From Camelus ferus (lineage: Eukaryota): a DNA stretch of 64,000 nt. This document shows positions 26,388-39,720 of this stretch, one piece after another (position 1 is the first letter of the stretch; each line of letters opens with the position of its first letter). The notes under the pieces were generated by a model. It searched no databases. It saw nothing but the letters and a program-made list of their open reading frames with translations, and was not told the origin of the DNA. The translations under genes were made by a program, and so were the position numbers. The stretch spans positions 94,862,001 to 94,926,000 of the forward strand of contig NC_045696.1 of the NCBI RefSeq assembly GCF_009834535.1, given 5' to 3'.

Positions 26388-27429
26388 GGAGTGCTCTATA
26401 TTCTTATGTTGAATTTCTTTGTCTTCTGTGATTGCTTTAATTTGGGGGGCCTCTTTCATATGCATTTAGTAAAATCAGCTCAAACCTTCTAGGTCAGTAT
26501 TTAAATTTTTAGTGAAGTTTATTTTAACTTTATCTTCTTTAATTTACTGATTTCTGTGATTATGTTTATAGCCTTCTTTTATTTTCTTAAATATGCATCT
26601 CCCCTTTTCCTCTATTTTTATTGTTCATCATCTTATCTTTGAGCTTTTGAATTCATATTCTTACTAAGTTATTCTCTAAGGTAAGATCATTGTGATAAAT
26701 TTTCTTGTGCTTTGAAGTATGTTTTCTTTTACATTTAGGGTCCTTATTTTCCTTTGAAAGTCATGTTCCTTTCTTGCTAGCTTTCTTCCTCTTCTCTGTG
26801 TATTTTTTGTTTTGCTATATGTTTGCATATTTGCTTTGGCACTTTCTTTCACATTGCTCATAATTGGGCAGTTCTATTCAGACATTTTTTCTGATATAAA
26901 GTGAGTATACTCATGAGTCTTCCTAGTATGGCTGAACCAAGTTTCATTTGCCTCTCTAACCACCATTTAAGAGATACTTTATTTTCTGTCCATTTTCAGT
27001 AAATGGATAGAATGGAAAGGGTGGCAGAAAAACTCAAAGTGGTTATGCAGTCTTTAATACTGTGGTTCTGGTCTCTCTTCTGAGATGTTGTTAAATATCC
27101 TATAGAAGTTGTCAAACCAACTAGTTTGGTAAGTCACATTCTTACGGGAGCTATATTGGGATAACATACTGTTTCCTCAATTCAATGTGTTTGCCTCACT
27201 TCTCTAGAATAGTAGTAATTCAGCTTCTTGGCTTCAGGACAAAGAAAAAGTTAATCTTTCAATTTACTCTTCCTTATATGTAAAAATACTTAGCTACTGA
27301 TATTTTTCAAACTATATCTTTATGTGGGAGAACACCCAAGAATTGACTGGGATAATTTACTTATAATGAGATTACAGCTATCTGGTTTTATGCCATCCAT
27401 GATGATACCAATAACTGGATGAGTCAGGG

Positions 27430-27721
27430 TTTTTTTTAAACATTTTTTTAATTGAGTTATAGTCATTTTACAATGTTGTGTCAAATTCCAGTGTAGAGCA
27501 CAATTTTTCAGTCATACGTGAACATACATACATTCATTGTCACATTCTCTTTCGCTGTGAGCCACCACAAGATCCTGTATATATTTCCCTGTGCTACACA
27601 GTACAGTCTTGTTTATCTGTTTTACATTTTGAAATCCCAGTCTGTCCCTTCCCACCCCCTGTCACCCTGGCAACCACAAGTTTGTATTCTATGTCTATGA
27701 GTCTGTTTTCGTTTTGTGTTT
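27430..27721 (-). mobile_element. Camelid-type L1 3' end
   Basis: Similar to 12291-12527 (reverse) and 38066-38357: cattttacaatgttgtgtcaaattccagtgt...gaaatcccagtct...ccctggcaaccacaag. Confidence 0.9.
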
Positions 27722-27830
27722 AACCTTCATGACAGGGCAAAAAAGTTTGCTACACTCCCATTTATGGCTTTACTTGTTTTTCTGGTAGTGTCTTAGAGAT
27801 CACTTTTAAGTAATCAATATTTAGACTTAC

Positions 27831-28402
27831 TTTTTGTTTTTATTGAAATATAGTTGATTTATAATACTATATTAGTTTCACATATACAAGATAGTGATTC
27901 AATATATACAGATTATACTCTATTTAAAGTTATTACAAAATAATGGCTGTGTTTCCCTGAAGTGCACAATTCATCCTTATTGGGTATTTATGTTATACGT
28001 AGTAGTTTGTATCTTTTAATCCCCTATTGCTGTTTTGCCCCATCTACCCACTAGTAACCCCTATTTTGTTCACATCTGTGAGTCTGTTTCTATTTTGTTA
28101 TATTTATTTATTTGCTTTGTTTTTTGGATTCTACATGTAAGTGATAACATAGAGTATTTGTCTTTATCTGTGTGACTTACTTCACAAAACGTACTACCAT
28201 CTAAGTCCATCCACATTGTTGCAAATGGCAGAGTTGCTTTCTTTTTAATGGCTGAGTAGTATCCCATTTTATGTATATATAATGTCTTTTTTACCCATTC
28301 ATTTATTGATGGACACTCAACTTACTTCTGTATCTTGGCTATTGTAAATAATGCTGCTATGGATATTGGAATGCATGTGTCTTTCTGAATTAGTGTTTTC
28401 AG
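27831..28402 (-). mobile_element. Older L1 3' end (ORF2 C-terminus plus 3' UTR)
   Basis: ORF 28070-28267 MGYYSAIKK...PFATMWMDLD...EVS..DKDKY is L1 ORF2p C-terminus-like. Confidence 0.9.
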
Positions 28403-28645
28403 ATTTATTCTTGAATAATAGTAATAATATACTTGCAACTTAAAAAAATCTTACAATATACAGAAAGAACTCCTGTATTGGAGCAAAGTTAAACTATCTG
28501 GGGATTATGATAATTTTCAGTTAATTTATTTTGTAATTCTAAATAGGTATACTGTGATGTGAAATATGTAACTCAGAAGTAGGATGATCAAAGGTGACCT
28601 CTAAGAATACTATCATGTTAAACATGTAATTAAACTGAAGGTATC

Positions 28646-29117
28646 TGTATAAGTCAAAACCCACAGCAGATGGAAAAAAATTATTGAATAATATTTAATA
28701 AAAAAGACAAGGGGACAGGGGATCATGAAGCACCTTTACTCAGGGACTAGGAACAGTGGGATGGTGTTATCACCTCTAAATTGGAAGGTGTAGGGGAAGG
28801 AAGGCTTATAGACCTGGTGTTGGCCATATGAGGGGGCTGCCCCTGACGTGGAGGAACACGTTCACAGCTGAAACCTTGACAAAGGAGGGAGGAAATGGGG
28901 AGGGAGAGACTCTGACCCTTCTCTCCTTCCAAACTCTGATCTCAGCAGCTTGTGAGAGTGCAAGTAAGAATTAAACAGTATCTTCCATTGACCAAACCCA
29001 CAGGAAGCCAGAGAGTGGGAGAGCAGGTGTTGAAGAGAGTAGAGCTTAATGGGGCACAGTAAGGCAGGAAAGAGTGGGGAATAAATCTGGAGGGACAGAT
29101 GGAGGCTGGCCAGCACA
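28646..29117 (-). mobile_element. LTR41-like (ERVL) solo LTR
   Basis: ccattgaccaaaccca.aggaagccagag...ggggcacag...atctggagggacagatggagg...ccagcaca. Confidence 0.7.
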
Positions 29118-29313
29118 GTGTCTCACCCTAATATTCTGTATTTAAAGATCATTTAAAGAACAGGAATGAGTGCTTTAGCTATAGAAGGGGCGTAATTTTT
29201 TTGCATTTACGTAAACTTACAAAGCCAGTTATGTATAATTTGTAAAATGAAATTGTTTCATGCATGTTTTGTGTATGTAGGCACTCACAGGCAGAGTTGC
29301 TTCTACTACTTTC

Positions 29314-29540
29314 ACAGCTAACGTTTATTGAGTGCTACAAGCAAGGGACTTTTCCAAGGGCTTTAAGAGAATTTACTCATTTTATCCTTAATAGTTGATA
29401 AGATCATGCCCATCTTGCAAGTGAGGAAACAGAAGCACGAGAGGTTGCCTCAGGTTAATAGCAAGAAGTAGGCTCCTAACTCAGTAGGGATTCTAACTCG
29501 GGCATCTGGCACCAGAGCATCTCACCCTAACTACCATCCC
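29314..29540 (-). mobile_element. MIR SINE
   Basis: agctaacgtttattgagtgcta...cccatcttgcaagtgaggaaacagaagcac.agaggtt. Confidence 0.75.
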
Positions 29541-30117
29541 TACACTACGTCTATGCTGTTAGCACCTAGACTTGTCAATTGCTTAATTTTGGAGTCTCAG
29601 GAATTTTTATGTCATTTTTATTATACTTGGGTAATAATCACTCAGTTGACAAAGTAACTTATTCTGAAAAAGATGACCCACTTCCCGAACTCTGCACACA
29701 ACAGCTGAGAATCAGTGTTCTGATGTTCTGTGTCGGAAGGGAACTTAGCCAATCCTCTCTTCAATCCTTTGTGACCCGACCAGTCCCCTTTCTAACCTCA
29801 TTAGCATCTTGCTGATTCACTTACTGGAACAGATGTAACTCCTGTTTCGTAAGCTTTAAAACCATCCTCCTGAAATATTGCTCAGCTCTTTGACTGTGGC
29901 ACTATGACGATGTTTTGTACCAGATATGATTCTAATAGCAATGTGTGGCAACTATTTCGAAGGGAAAGAAATCTAACTTTCTTCTCATGGAACAGAATAG
30001 AGAATATGGAGACTTTGTAAGAGAAGTAATGATGTCAGTAGCTTCTGAGAAGGAAAGTAGGAGTTAAACACAATCACATAGAATTTCTCTCTTTAAACTG
30101 AAGGTCAGTCTGGGAAA

Positions 30118-30499
30118 TATCTCAGTTAGTTCAGGCTGCCAGAACAAAATAGCAAGGACTGGGTGGCTTAAACAACAGAAATGTATTTTCTCACAGTTTT
30201 GGAGGCTGGAAGTTCAAGATCAGGGTGCATGGTTGGAGTCTAACGAGAGCTCTCTTCCTGGCTAGCGGATGGCGCCTTCTCTCTGTGTGCTCACATGGCC
30301 TTTCCTCAATGTGTGCCTGTTCTTGAAGAGAGAGATGTCTTCCTCTTCTCATCAAGTCAACAGTTCTATCCAATTAGCAACCCACCCTTATTAGCTCTTA
30401 ACTTAATTACTTCTAAAAGCTCTATCTCCAAATATAGTCATGCTAGAGGTTAGGGCTTCAACACATGAATTTTGGGGTGGACACATTCAGTCCATAGCA
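30118..30499 (-). mobile_element. MLT1A-like solo LTR
   Basis: actgggtggcttaaacaacagaaat.tattttctcacagtt.tggaggctggaagt.caagatcagggtg...ttagggcttcaaca.atgaattttgggg; 5-bp TSD-like ggaaa/agaaa. Confidence 0.88.
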
Positions 30500-31127
30500 A
30501 GAAAGTTACTTTTATGATTAGATTAGTAAAATACAGTGATTCTGAACTTTATCCAAGAGCAGTTTTATCACAGCAAATTTATATTTAAAATAGGAATAAT
30601 AACCCAAGAATGTTTATTAAACAATAAACCAGCAATTACTGCTTTATGAATATGGAAACGTAGGCCATAATTTGGAATTCTATTAGTATTCTTCACTCAC
30701 TTCAAATTAAACTGGTATCATACAATTTCTCAAACAGATTGGACTTGAAGTTGCAAAGATAATCAATGTTTCTCCTAACTGTTGCCTCCTTCCCCAGTCA
30801 GTGCACATGCAGATGACTGTGATAATCAGGGTATGTGGGGAGAGGTGAGGATTATATTGGGTCCCTTCCTTTGGGGCTTCTGTTTGCTTGGGGCAGTGAA
30901 TCACAGAGGCTGTTAATTGGGAAAAGTATGTTAGCACATTTGTGTCAAAAAGACTTAAGAAAGGTTCAGATGAATGCAGTCAGCTCATAATTCCCACCAC
31001 CCCTCAAGTGAGTTATTTCATTTGTCCTCTTGTAAGAGGCTGGGTGTTGTCCTTGTGTTACTTCTTTCCACTCAGTTTCTTCAGATATGGCGCTTGACCG
31101 TATTTCCTAGAACAATAGCATCTGGGA

Positions 31128-31380
31128 GTAGTAGGGCACAGTGGTTTAGGGGCATCACTGCTCTGGACCCTGTGCAGTTCTAAAGACAGCCATACTACAT
31201 CAGAAGGTTGGTTAGCAAAGAGCTTTATGAGCATGGATAGTTGGAATACATTTTTGCATAACAACCCATGCCTTTCACATAACAGCTTGTATGACTTTAT
31301 GTAACCTCTTAGACTTCAATTTACTTATTTATAACATAGCTCTAATAATAGCATCTAACACATAGTATTGTGAACACTAC
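31128..31380 (+). mobile_element. MIR SINE fragments
   Basis: gtagggcacagtggtttagg...ctctgga...taacctct...taataatagcatcta. Confidence 0.5.
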
Positions 31381-32133
31381 AGTATTATAAACAAATATAT
31401 ATATGTATGTATATTTATATCCACATGTGATGCATGTGTCTGTCTAGAGAGAAATATCCTTTTACTTGGGACCACTTAATAAATGTCAGTTTTTATTATT
31501 TCTAATTTGGGGTTATAATTTCTGTTTAAATCTCTTTGGATAGGTACTTTTATCACAGATCCAATTTAGTTAAATTACGTATTTTTAAAGAGCTAAAGCA
31601 TGAATAAGTTTGAAGTTATAGAATAAATTATAAAGTTAATTTTTAAAACTGGATTAGGCTGTTACATTAGCCAAGGTTGCAGTATATATGTCTTATCTGG
31701 CTCTGAGTTCTTTAATGTATAAAAATGACTTTTTTTTTTGAACGATGAGACTGCATCTAAAAAAAAATCACATGCTTTCAACTTCAATACTGAAAATAAC
31801 CTTATAACACTAAAATAAATCATCCTATTTTCTACTTAACAATCACTTGATCACCAAGATATGCTCCCCTTTTTTTAAATGGCGATAGACTGTGCTGCGT
31901 GAGCATATGAATGCTATAACCCCAGTGACGGTCTGTGCTGTCCTTATTGTCAGGTGATCAGATAAAATGTTTTCTAATGCCACTTGGATTATGTTTAAAT
32001 CATGATGTGTTCAGCAACAATGTACATGATCAATACTAACAGATTGCCATTGACTCCAAAAACAAATTGAAAACTATGATTTTTAAAACAACCACAAACT
32101 GACCGATAAGTTGGAGGCAACAGTGAGAGAAAC

Positions 32134-32915
32134 TTTTTATTTTCCTAAACCATTGAGGACAAATTGCCAGCCTGATATCTCATTACCCCAGAATACCGTG
32201 ATGTGCATTTTTTACAAACAAGGACCTTTTCCTACACAACTATAATACAACCATTGAAACCAAGAAATCACTACAAAAGCATCACTAGTATTTAATCCTC
32301 AGACCCCATTTAAATTTCACCAGTTGGCCCAATAATGTGCTTTATAACAAAAGGATCCAGCTTAGAGTCACAAGATACATGTAGTTGTCAGGTCTGTTTA
32401 GTCTCCTTTTCTGGGAGCGGTCTCCTGTCTTTCTTTGACCATCATGACCTTGACACTTGACATTTAAAGGCCAGTGGTTTTGTAGAATGTTCTTAATTTG
32501 GGTTTGTCTGATGTTTTCATCTAATTAGATTCAGGTTGCACATCTTTGGTAGGAATAGTGCAGAAGTAATGCTCTATTCTTGCTGTAGCCTATCAGAAGG
32601 CACACGATTTTGATTAGTTCCATTACTAAAGAAGTTCACTTTGATCACTAAATTAAGGTGGAGTCTGCAGAACTTCTCCATTATAAAGTTAGTTTTCCTT
32701 TTAGTAATCAATAATTGTTTTGTGGGCTGGTGCTTTGAAACTGGGTTAGTATCTTATTCCTCATGAAACTTCCAGTTTATTCATTTATTTATTTGTATCT
32801 GTGTGGACTCATGGCTGTCTCTGATACTCAGTGGGCTATAGTTGCTCTTTGCCATTTTTATTTATTTTGATAATTATGTTGACCTTGATTGGGCCACTCA
32901 GGGACAGCTACTCCT
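32134..32915 (-). mobile_element. L1MC-type (L1MC4-like) 3' region
   Basis: acaaggac.tt.tcctacacaac.ataataca...cagaccccatt.aaatttcaccagttg.cccaataatgt...aaaaggatccag...ttttgtagaatgt...aatttgggtttgtctgatgttt. Confidence 0.8.
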
Positions 32916-34859
32916 CTGGACACCCTTCTTACTCTCCTTAAGCTTTACATCCCATGCCTGGCCACCCTCCTACAAAGATGCCCTCTCAACCTGCTGGGGC
33001 TCTGGCTTCCTGATCTGGGATCTGGACCACTGCAACTCCCCCAGACGGGCGTAGATGTCTACCTCGCTCTGCTTCACCTAATGGCTTTAGAACTACATTG
33101 TTCAGGAAGGAAAGGTGAGGGGAGTGGAGTAGAAGAGAGAGAAAATGAGCCGAAGTTACAATTTTACAGTATGTTGTGTAGCTTTAAAATTCTGAAACTT
33201 AAAAAAATTTCTATGATATTTTCTCAATTTCATATAAGGAAGAAAAGTCACTCTCAGGCAATTCATACCTCTTATTTGAGCATACTGGTCAGAAATTTCT
33301 TTAAAATTTCTTTTAAAGAAATCTTCTTAATGCTTGTCTATGGCTGCCTCCTGCTTCTGATTAAAAAACATTGAGGGAGGATCTAGTCCTTCGAAGGAGA
33401 GAAGACTAATGATGGATTTCTGAAAGGCTTCTTTCAAAGCTTTAAAAGTATGCAATTTAAAGTGTCTGTTCACTAAAGAAAATAATAGAGCACGATGGAA
33501 TAAATGAAAGATCTTTTTGATTATGGGGGGAAAACATTCCCTTTTAAGGATATAAAACTGTTATGGTGAAACTGACTTGGGACCTGTACATTTTCTGCTG
33601 TTCAAATGTAAACCTTAACCCCGACATGACCTCAGTGAGGTGTATACTGTTGAAGAAACCTGTCTGCACACTTTGAGAAAATGTCCAGACAGGAGGGAGC
33701 CCAGCCGAGTGAACTCAGCTTTCTGAAGGCTCCCATCGGCCTAACAGTCTGCAGTGCTATCTGGTATTCAAAACCTGTGCTGCTTTGTGCTATCTCTTCT
33801 GCTGCTGTCTCACATTATTTCTCCTGCATGTAAACATTTTATGTTTCTGCTTTACTTCATCAACTAGGCTGTAAACAATTTGATTATACAGATGATGCAT
33901 TTAATAATGATTTTTTCCTGGCTGTCATCCAAAAGAGCAGTAGGTGTGTAATTGTTTGTAGAATGAACGAATGAATGAATCAATGGTCCAGTCAATCAAC
34001 TACTTAACTCAAGTACCTGGCATTAACCACACTTTAAAAATATTTTCCATCCAAAAAGTCCTTGGGTTTGGGTTTCTCAAGAGAGAAAAAAAAATCTTGC
34101 TCTTAATGATCCCATGTTTATTGTTACAGATTCTGTAACAAAAAAGATTCTCATATTTTCCCAATATCATGTAAGAAAACCTTCATGATGTTCTTAAGCA
34201 ATTCATCCCTCTGTTTTCATATAACCTGAAATTGCTAGAGCAGATGAGAGATTTTCCCGTATTTGTAAAAAGCTCAAGGAAAAATTTAAAAATTGAGTAT
34301 TCCTATTCTGCCCCAAAGAAAATGCTTCAAATCATCAGATATTTGGTACCATTAGTGGAAGAGCATTACCAGTGTCTTGAGGCAACTACATGCTTCACTA
34401 ATCAGAGAGTTTGTCTGCTTTTCTGTCTTGCCTTAGCTATGCCAGTTATCTTTAATAAGGTGTTCAACAAATCTTAAGAGTATTGTTATTACGCAGGCAG
34501 TAAACAGAACACTCTCCAGAACACGAATTAAGTGCACTTTTCAGCGTCAGCAAATGCCATTTTGAGATAATGCTGTATTTCTCCTCTCTACACACATTTG
34601 TTAATCGTAAGCAGTAATATGGCATCTCTAACTTAGATACAGCCTGAAGAAGGTAGTTTACATAAAAACATTGCAAATATAACAAATGTTTTGCATTTTT
34701 TCTTTCTAAATATACTGTTTTTCTCTTAGTGACTACTAAAAACAGTAATTGCACCAGATGATGACTTGGGGATTTAATACAGAAAACAGAAATTACACCC
34801 CCATCACTTCTCTGCTTGGCCCCTCTAATCCCCCTACTATGGTCTGCTAGATCGGGTAT

Positions 34860-35570
34860 GCTGTGGCCCTCCCCACCCTCCTCCCTGAGCTCATCCCTTT
34901 CTACTCACGCCTCTGTCTCTTTACATGTTCCAACTCCTGGGAGAGCCAAGCTAGTTTTCTGCTATGGTGCCTTTTCTTTTGCTCTTCTCCCTGGGAACTG
35001 CTTGGTACTGCTTGGAACTGCAGGTAGCCCAAAGTACAGCTTGGTAGTTGTGAAGAGAGTACACTCAGTCACTTTTGTGTGTCTGTATGTGTCAGCTCCT
35101 TCCATCTCAAATAAATATGCACTATAAGTAGGTAGAGTGTGTTCTCTATGCAAATGTCACTTCAAAAACAAGTCCCCTGAGACTTCTTCCAAACAGATTG
35201 CTGCCTCTGTCTAGGAAGTCCATTGTCTAAAAGGTCTTCCTCTAATTCTCGGCACAGCTGGCTCTGCATCGTGCAAGGCTCAGGTCAAAGGCCAGTCCTT
35301 CAGGCAAGCATACTGTCATATACTTCTTCCCCACCCTAGTCACTCTTTCTTACTGTGTTCCTTATTTTTATTTTCTTTGTAGCACTGTAAGTGTCTGAGA
35401 TAAATTATCTTAATTGTTTTCTACTCAACATTTATATTTTTGCAGTACATTGTGAACACAATGAGAAAAAGAATTGTGTCTGGTTTCTTTTTCCTCTCTA
35501 TTCTATCTCCAGCTCTTATAGTGGTACCTGATACACAGTAGGCACTCATAATCCATCTGTTGAATGCAGA
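34860..35570 (+). mobile_element. L2 3' fragments
   Basis: ttttattttctttgtagcact...tgtgtctggtt...gtacctgatacacagtaggcactcata.t.catctgttgaatg. Confidence 0.6.
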
Positions 35571-37769
35571 AAAAATGACTTCTTTGCTTGACAAAGTTGG
35601 ATACTTGGCCCAGTTCTGAACCAGATGACTCTAGCAATTATATTTAGCAATCATATGACAATTTCAGCTGCCCTCTAACCAGTATTTCTTCAGAATATTT
35701 AAATCTTGCTCTGTGTATAACATGACACTTTTAAATAAAAGCAAATGAGTAGACTGGAAAATACAAAACTGTATTTTTTAGAACTCTACTTTTGGACCCA
35801 ATTAATCAAATGAGAAAGTCAATTAATTCCCCATCCCTTTTCTCAGGCCTGGTGAGTGGCTCCAACGTTCCCCCCACTCATTGCTCAAGCTAGAAATTTG
35901 GAAGTTATATAGGTCTAGACTGCTCCCTCTCCCTTATCCCCTCTATGTTCAGTGAATCCTATTGATCATGCCTCCTATTGATCTTTTCTGGCCTTTCACA
36001 ACAGTGTCCCCTCAGAAGTTCTGATCTCATCATGTCTCAATTAGCATACACTCAGTGTATTTTGTTGAATTTGGAATAGTCCCTATTTTGGCTGTAAAAG
36101 CAAAATTTTTCTCATTTTAAAATGTAGTTTACATTTCTCATTTTTTTGCAATATTTTTAAAGGAAGAGTCATACTGAAAAATCAAAGAAAATTCTACATG
36201 GCGTTGGTAAAAATGTACAAGCCTCTAGGTAAATAGATGCCAAGTATAACTTTTAATTTTTTAAGAAAGTACATTTGATTTTTTTCAAAAGGTCAGAGAG
36301 ATCCCTGAGATACATTAGTGTTCAGAGAAGTTGATAGATTTTTCTAAATGACATCAAATATAATTGCAGAAATGTTTAATTTAATTTAATCATTTATTTG
36401 TTATAGATTTGGAAATTATGAAGTGTATTCAGTTTTATATTATTTGTACTGAAGAAAATATACTGCTGTTAGGCGTCAATGTAGTATTATGAGAATAGTT
36501 GTCTAACATCCATAAAATGAACTGTTGAAAGAGAAAATTACTTGAAGGTACTTCTCACAACAAAGGCAGACTTAATTTTAACTAATGTTGGAAGAAATAA
36601 TAGTAGCAATATGGAGCTAAGTGCATTATGGGAAAATCACCGATGTAATTAGGCAGTTTCATAGTATTATCTATCACTTGCATATAATTAGGATAAACTC
36701 AAGTTTCACTCCAAATTGTTTTTATTAAAAAAAGCAATTTTGAAATTCTAGATATTTGTGGTATTAAGCTTTATTATTATTTTTATTTACTTGGTCTTCT
36801 GACAGATCACAAGGGAAGCTTGAATACTTCTGATATGAAGTAAATATATAGAGAACAATGAACTACTTGAAATACTTTACAAATTAACATGCAAATGGGT
36901 TTAAAAAACCCCACTGTTGTTATTTCAAAAAAAAGTTGTTGTTTTTTTTTGGAAATTTACAAGGAGAGTTTACTTTTTAAATTGCTGGACACTTAATAAA
37001 GTGAAAATTTTATTATGGAGAAAAAACTTCAATATAAGAACACAAAAAGATTAATACTACTTTCAGCAGTTGATTTTAAAACAGAGTAGATGTGAAAAGA
37101 AACACTACAATCTACAGGTTAAGATCTGCTGTGCCATATAATGGAATTTGACAAGGCTGAAAAGATTTCAAGTCCTAATGAGAACTGTATGAACTCTAAC
37201 AGGAATACCATGGGGAATGACTGTGCTTGCCAGAATTGGATTTGGAGGCAGCAGGAATAATATACGCTGGCAACCAGGGTCTGCTTGTTCTTTTACAGTC
37301 TGGGACTTGAACAACAACAGCAATATAAACAAAGACACACACTCAACAACATCACACTTCAGAATCAACACATTTTGCTACTTGACCTTTCAGAGCAACT
37401 GGCTCTTAATCTTTCCTTGAGAACACAATGTGTCTTAATATTTCCTTCTTGACCCTGTGCCCTCTGGCTTGTTTCCCCTCCACTCTGTCACCTCCTTATT
37501 GCTAAGTCTGTCTTCCTGTCTCCCTCTACCCTCATTCTCTTTCCTCACCTACCCCTGCTTGTCACTACCTCCTTCTGGGTTTCTTAGGCACCATATTTCC
37601 TCCTTTCCTTCTTTGCTTCCCTGGTCTCCTCAGCTGAGTCCTTTTGGTTTGACTCCAAGCCTCTCGTTTCCTTCTCCCTACAGCTGATTCCACTGACCTC
37701 CTCAGGCGGCCTCTTGCAGCTCCACTGCACAGGTTCCCAGCCTCACCCTCCAGCATCCACCATTCCCTG

Positions 37770-37985
37770 AGTCCTTACTAAGTGCCAGGCAGTTGTACAG
37801 AGAGCTTCAGACAAATGATCTCATTTATACTAAGAACCCAGTGAGGGAGGAATTACTGACCCTGTTTTTTTGGATGAGGAAACTGAGGCTCAGAAAGGTT
37901 AAGTATCTTGCCCCATTTCTCATGCTTAATAATTGTCTGTGCTAGGATTTGAACCCAACTGAGTCTCACTCTTAAACACCATAGA
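37770..37985 (-). mobile_element. MIR SINE
   Basis: ttactaagtgccaggca...gatgaggaaactgaggctcagaaaggttaagta.cttgccc...ggatttgaaccca. Confidence 0.85.
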
Positions 37986-38065
37986 ATGTTAGCCCTTAAT
38001 TTGTTAAGCACTTATATGGCAAGACTTACCCTGACGGTACACTGTGATTTTCTCCATTTTCTTTC

Positions 38066-38357
38066 TTTTTTTTTTAAACATTTTTTATTGATTTATAATC
38101 ATTTTACAATGTTGTGTCAAATTCTAGTGTTCAGCACAATTTTTCAGACATACATGGACATATACACACTTATTATCACATTTTTCCCTCTGTGAGCTAC
38201 CATAAGATTTTGTGTATCTTTCCCTGTGCTATACAGTATAATCTTGTTTATCTATTCTACAATTTTGAAATCCCAGTCTCTCCCTTCCCACCCTCCACCC
38301 CCCTGGCAACCACAAGTCTGTATTGTATGACTATGAGTCTATTTCTGTCCTGTATTT
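38066..38357 (-). mobile_element. Young camelid-type L1 3' end
   Basis: Near-identical (reverse complement) to 12291-12527. Confidence 0.9.
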
Positions 38358-38399
38358 CTGTCCTCTATTCATCAGGGATGTTATAGTTTAAAAAATTTT

Positions 38400-39720
38400 T
38401 TATTTTTATTATTAGGTGCTCTTTGTCTGGTTTTGGCATACTAGTTTCATGTAATAAACTGGTAAGTATTCCTTCATCTTCTATTTTCTGAAAGAACTTT
38501 TTAAAATTTCCCTTGAGACTTCCTCCTGACTCATGGATTATTTATGGATTATTTATAGTGTATTTTTTAGTCTCCAAGTGTGTGGATATTTTCCTGTTAT
38601 CTTTCTCTAATTGATTTCTTTTGTGTCCATAGTGGTCAGAGAGCACACTATCTCAATTCCTTTAAATTTTTTGAAGTTTGTCCTGTGGCACAGGATGTGA
38701 GTGTTCTATAATGCTATTGTTGGGTGGAGTGTTCTATAAATGTCAATTGGAGCCTCTTGGTTGATTGTGTTGTGGAGTTTTATATCCTTGCTGATACTTA
38801 GTCTAGCAGTTTTATCAGCTGTTGAAAGGGGAATGTTGAAGCCTCCAAATACATTTTTGAATTTGTTTATTTCTCCCTTCAGTTCTTTCAGTTTTTGCTT
38901 CACGTATTTTGCAACTCTGTTTTTTTGGTGCATTTACATTTAATACTGCTATGTCTTCTTGGTGGACTGACCCTTTTATTATTATAAAATATTCATTGCT
39001 GTCTCTGCTAGTTTTCTTTACTCTGAAGTGAAGTTTATCTGCCATTAATAAAGCTATTCCTGTATTTCTTCAGTGTTTATAAGATGTATCTTGAATCTTT
39101 TACTTTCAGTCTGCCTGTATTATTATATTAGAAGTAAGTTTCTTATAGACAGAATGAAGTTGGGTCATGTTTTTAAATCAAGTATGCTAATCTGTGCATT
39201 TTATGTGGTGTATTTAGGCCCATTTACATTTAATGTAATTATTGATATGTTAGGTTTTAAATCATATCTTTTTTCTATCTCTCTTTTTTTTGTTTCTGTT
39301 GTCTTTTTTATGTCTTTCTGTGGGTTACTTACATATTTTTTAGCATTCCATTTTGTTTTATCTATATTGTTTTTGAGTGTATCAGTTTGCATAACTCCTT
39401 TTTAGTTGTAGTTTTACCTATTACATTGTATGGACATAACTTTTCCCATTTACTGTTTTCATTATTTTACCAGTTCAAATTAAGTGTAGAAACTTTACCT
39501 CCCCTTTATGTTTCTTTACCCTCCCTCATTTATAATTGTCTTATATATTTTCTCTACATACATTTAGAAACAAATCAAACAGTATTATAATTTTGCTTCA
39601 ATCATTAAACAATTTAGAAAACTGGAAAGGAGGAAAATCTGTTCTTTTTACCCATACTTTTTCTTACTACGTCCTTCTTTTTTTTATGTTCCAAGATTAG
39701 TTCTTTTTACATTTTCCTAA
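38400..39720 (-). mobile_element. Old L1 (L1M) fragment covering the ORF2 endonuclease region, frameshifted
   Basis: Broken frames give ISIITLNVNG (39201-39392), YFIIIKGSVHQEDIAVLNVNAP (38815-39045) and KQKLKELKGEI...GGFNIPLS...DIYRTLHP (38706-38933), all L1 APE-domain motifs. Confidence 0.88.

Noticed and set aside
38706..39392. Endonuclease-like ORFs as a possible domesticated gene
   Set aside because: The motifs are split across frames with stops, so this is a dead L1 ORF2 fossil.
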